From the NCBI GenBank assembly GCA_965112155.1, contig OZ218099.1: 64,000 nucleotides of DNA; one strand, written 5' to 3'. The notes under the pieces are model-generated. The model was not told where the DNA came from, searched no databases, and worked only from the letters and a program-made list of their open reading frames with translations. The position numbers and the translations under genes were made by a program. The DNA comes from Podarcis liolepis (lineage: Eukaryota). Below are positions 62,181 through 64,000 of the stretch, piece by piece. How positions within the stretch are numbered: the first letter of the stretch is position 1; the number at the start of each line of letters is the position of its first letter.

Positions 62181-62399
62181 GCAAAATAAGTTATACCATA
62201 AATTTCTTAACCCATGCCTGTTGGACTGAATACAGCTGAAAATGTTTCTAGCTAATATCCTAGGACAGGGGTGGGCAGACTTTAAGCTTGCTGGATCTAC
62301 TTTGGTGGATCTCAGTTCTAGTAAAAAACAACAACCAAAGTTAGGTGCAAAATAGCACCTATTTTGTGAATAGGGCGCTTCTGAACACATGCTAAGTCC

Positions 62400-62633
62400 A
62401 AGTCACAAGACAGGAGATTCCGACTTAAAATCTTAAGAACTTCCTGATGGTAAGAGCTGTTCGACAGTGGAACGGACTCCCTGGGAAGGTGGTGAACTCT
62501 CCTTCCTTGGAAGTTTTTAAGCAGAGGTTGGATGGCCACCTGTCATGGATGATCTAGTTGAGATTCCTGCATTGCAGTGGGTGGAACCAGGCGACTCTCA
62601 GGGTCCCTTCCAACTACAATTCTAAGATTTTAA
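62400..62633 (+). mobile_element. CR1 LINE 3' fragment
   Basis: [37 protein letters not shown] plus CR1 3' UTR and ATTCT repeats. Confidence 0.9.
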
Positions 62634-63235
62634 GTATTTGTGATCCAGTCCAGAACCGAGCTCAAAAGCCCTTGCACACAAAAGTTCAACACCTTGTTTC
62701 CCCCCTGAGTGTTCCGTTTCAGCAACCTCTTTTAGAGTGGGCAGGAGAAAGATGCTTTTCAGTTAATGCTTCTTCCTAATTGCATCACAGCTCATAGTAG
62801 CAATGCAGCAATAGAGGTACTGCTGATCTGTGCCGCTGGTTTTCCTCTGAAAATACCATTTCACCAGTTGTAAACCTTTCAAAGATCCTTAATATGCCTT
62901 CTGCCCACCTCTGTCCCAGAATATGTTTTGCCTTCCTGCTGGACTACAGGAAGAGATGAGAAGTTCTCCACACAGTTTGACATTTCTGCCCACTTCTTGT
63001 TGGTCACTTGGAGGACTGAAAATGGAAAATGCCATTTAAAATGCCATTTTAAAACACTTGATGGCAAAATAGCATGCAACAGGCAACTTGACCATGATCA
63101 GATATTTTTATTAGCAGGAGCAAGAGATTTAATATTCTATAGAAGATGATGATGATATTGGGCATGAAACCCACTCTTGATATTCTTCCCTCCTGTTGCA
63201 CATTCTCATGGCCCTTATGAGAATGTGAAACAACA

Positions 63236-63322
63236 ATGTACTCCTAGCCATGTCTACTCAGAAGTAAGTCCAGTTGAATTCATAGGGTCTTACTTCCAGG
63301 TAAGCAGGGCTAGGATTGCAGA
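63236..63322. repeat. Old palindromic MITE-like repeat, same family as 33565
   Basis: TCCTAGCC.TGTCTACTCAGAAGTAAGTCC..TTGAATTCA..GGGTCTTACTTCCAGGTAAG...GGCTAGGATTGCAG. Confidence 0.7.
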
Positions 63323-63337
63323 CTAAGTTAGATGATA

Positions 63338-63578
63338 CAGTGGTACCTTGTGTCCTGAACTTAATCCATTCCGGGAGTCTGTTCTACTCTCCAAACAGTT
63401 TGAAAACAAGGCGCAGCTTCCAATTGGTTGCAGGAGCTTCCTGCACTGAAACAGAAGCCATGTCGGATGTTCGGCTTCCAAAAAGCGTTTGCAAACCGGA
63501 ACACTTACTTCCAGGTTTGCAGCATTCGGGAGCCGATTTGTTTGGCAACTAAGCTGTTCAAGAACCAAGGTACCACCG
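63338..63578. mobile_element. pogo/Tigger-like MITE of a second family
   Basis: TA|CAGTGGTACCTTG ... CAAGGTACCACCG termini with an unrelated internal sequence. Confidence 0.75.
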
Positions 63579-64000
63579 CACTCAGTTTGATTCCGATCAA
63601 GTAGGCTGTCCCTCTTGGGCTGGAGACAGAAGATAGTTTTAAAGAGTGTTTCATTTTAATTATTGGGTATATATGTGTATTTCGTTTTTCTCACAGTCAT
63701 CTCATGCAGAACAGGTTTTTATAACAATACAAAAATGTACATGAAGTGATAGTGCGATGAGACTGTATATACAAGATGGGCTTTGATGCCTCTTTCAAAC
63801 CACCTTCCGTGGTCTTTAAAAAACAAACAAACCCGGCTGTCCAACTCTTATCTTTAGTGGGTAGCTTGTTGGTATCCAAATCCTGGATATCCTGCTTTCA
63901 GTATTTCCCACCCACTACCAGCAGACAGGAGTATAAAGAATGCTTTATAGTTTTGTAGCCAAAGAAGTTCAGGATCTATTTAGGGCTTTCAACCATTGGC

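Overview
This is vertebrate genomic DNA from a squamate reptile, most likely a lacertid lizard, judged from the repeats: Sauria SINE, a Squam3-type SINE, BovB, CR1, L2, L1, Penelope-like elements and Tigger/hAT MITEs. The only protein-coding segment I can support is the first coding exon of BAHCC1 (+ strand, ATG 43158, [17 protein letters not shown]...[17 protein letters not shown], phase-1 donor after 43323). I found no further coding exon, so 43324-64000 is read as intron. Upstream lies a ~25 kb cluster of CpG islands with at least three promoter-like modules and two candidate non-coding first exons (donors after 21031 and 38481). The internal exon carrying the start codon also holds a 22-codon uORF. 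The window has three parts: TE-dense flanks (1-18.7 kb and 54.7-64 kb) around a ~36 kb core almost free of recognisable transposons and rich in microsatellites and enhancer-like motif clusters. The most unusual structure is a pair of adjacent Penelope-like insertions at 5.6-6.6 kb. One carries a complete minimal hammerhead ribozyme core. The other is a fold-back relic centred on the ribozyme's stem II and still carries cleavage-site halves. The other ORFs in the supplied track appear to be repeat-derived or GC-rich shadows. All family names come from recalled consensus features, not database searches.
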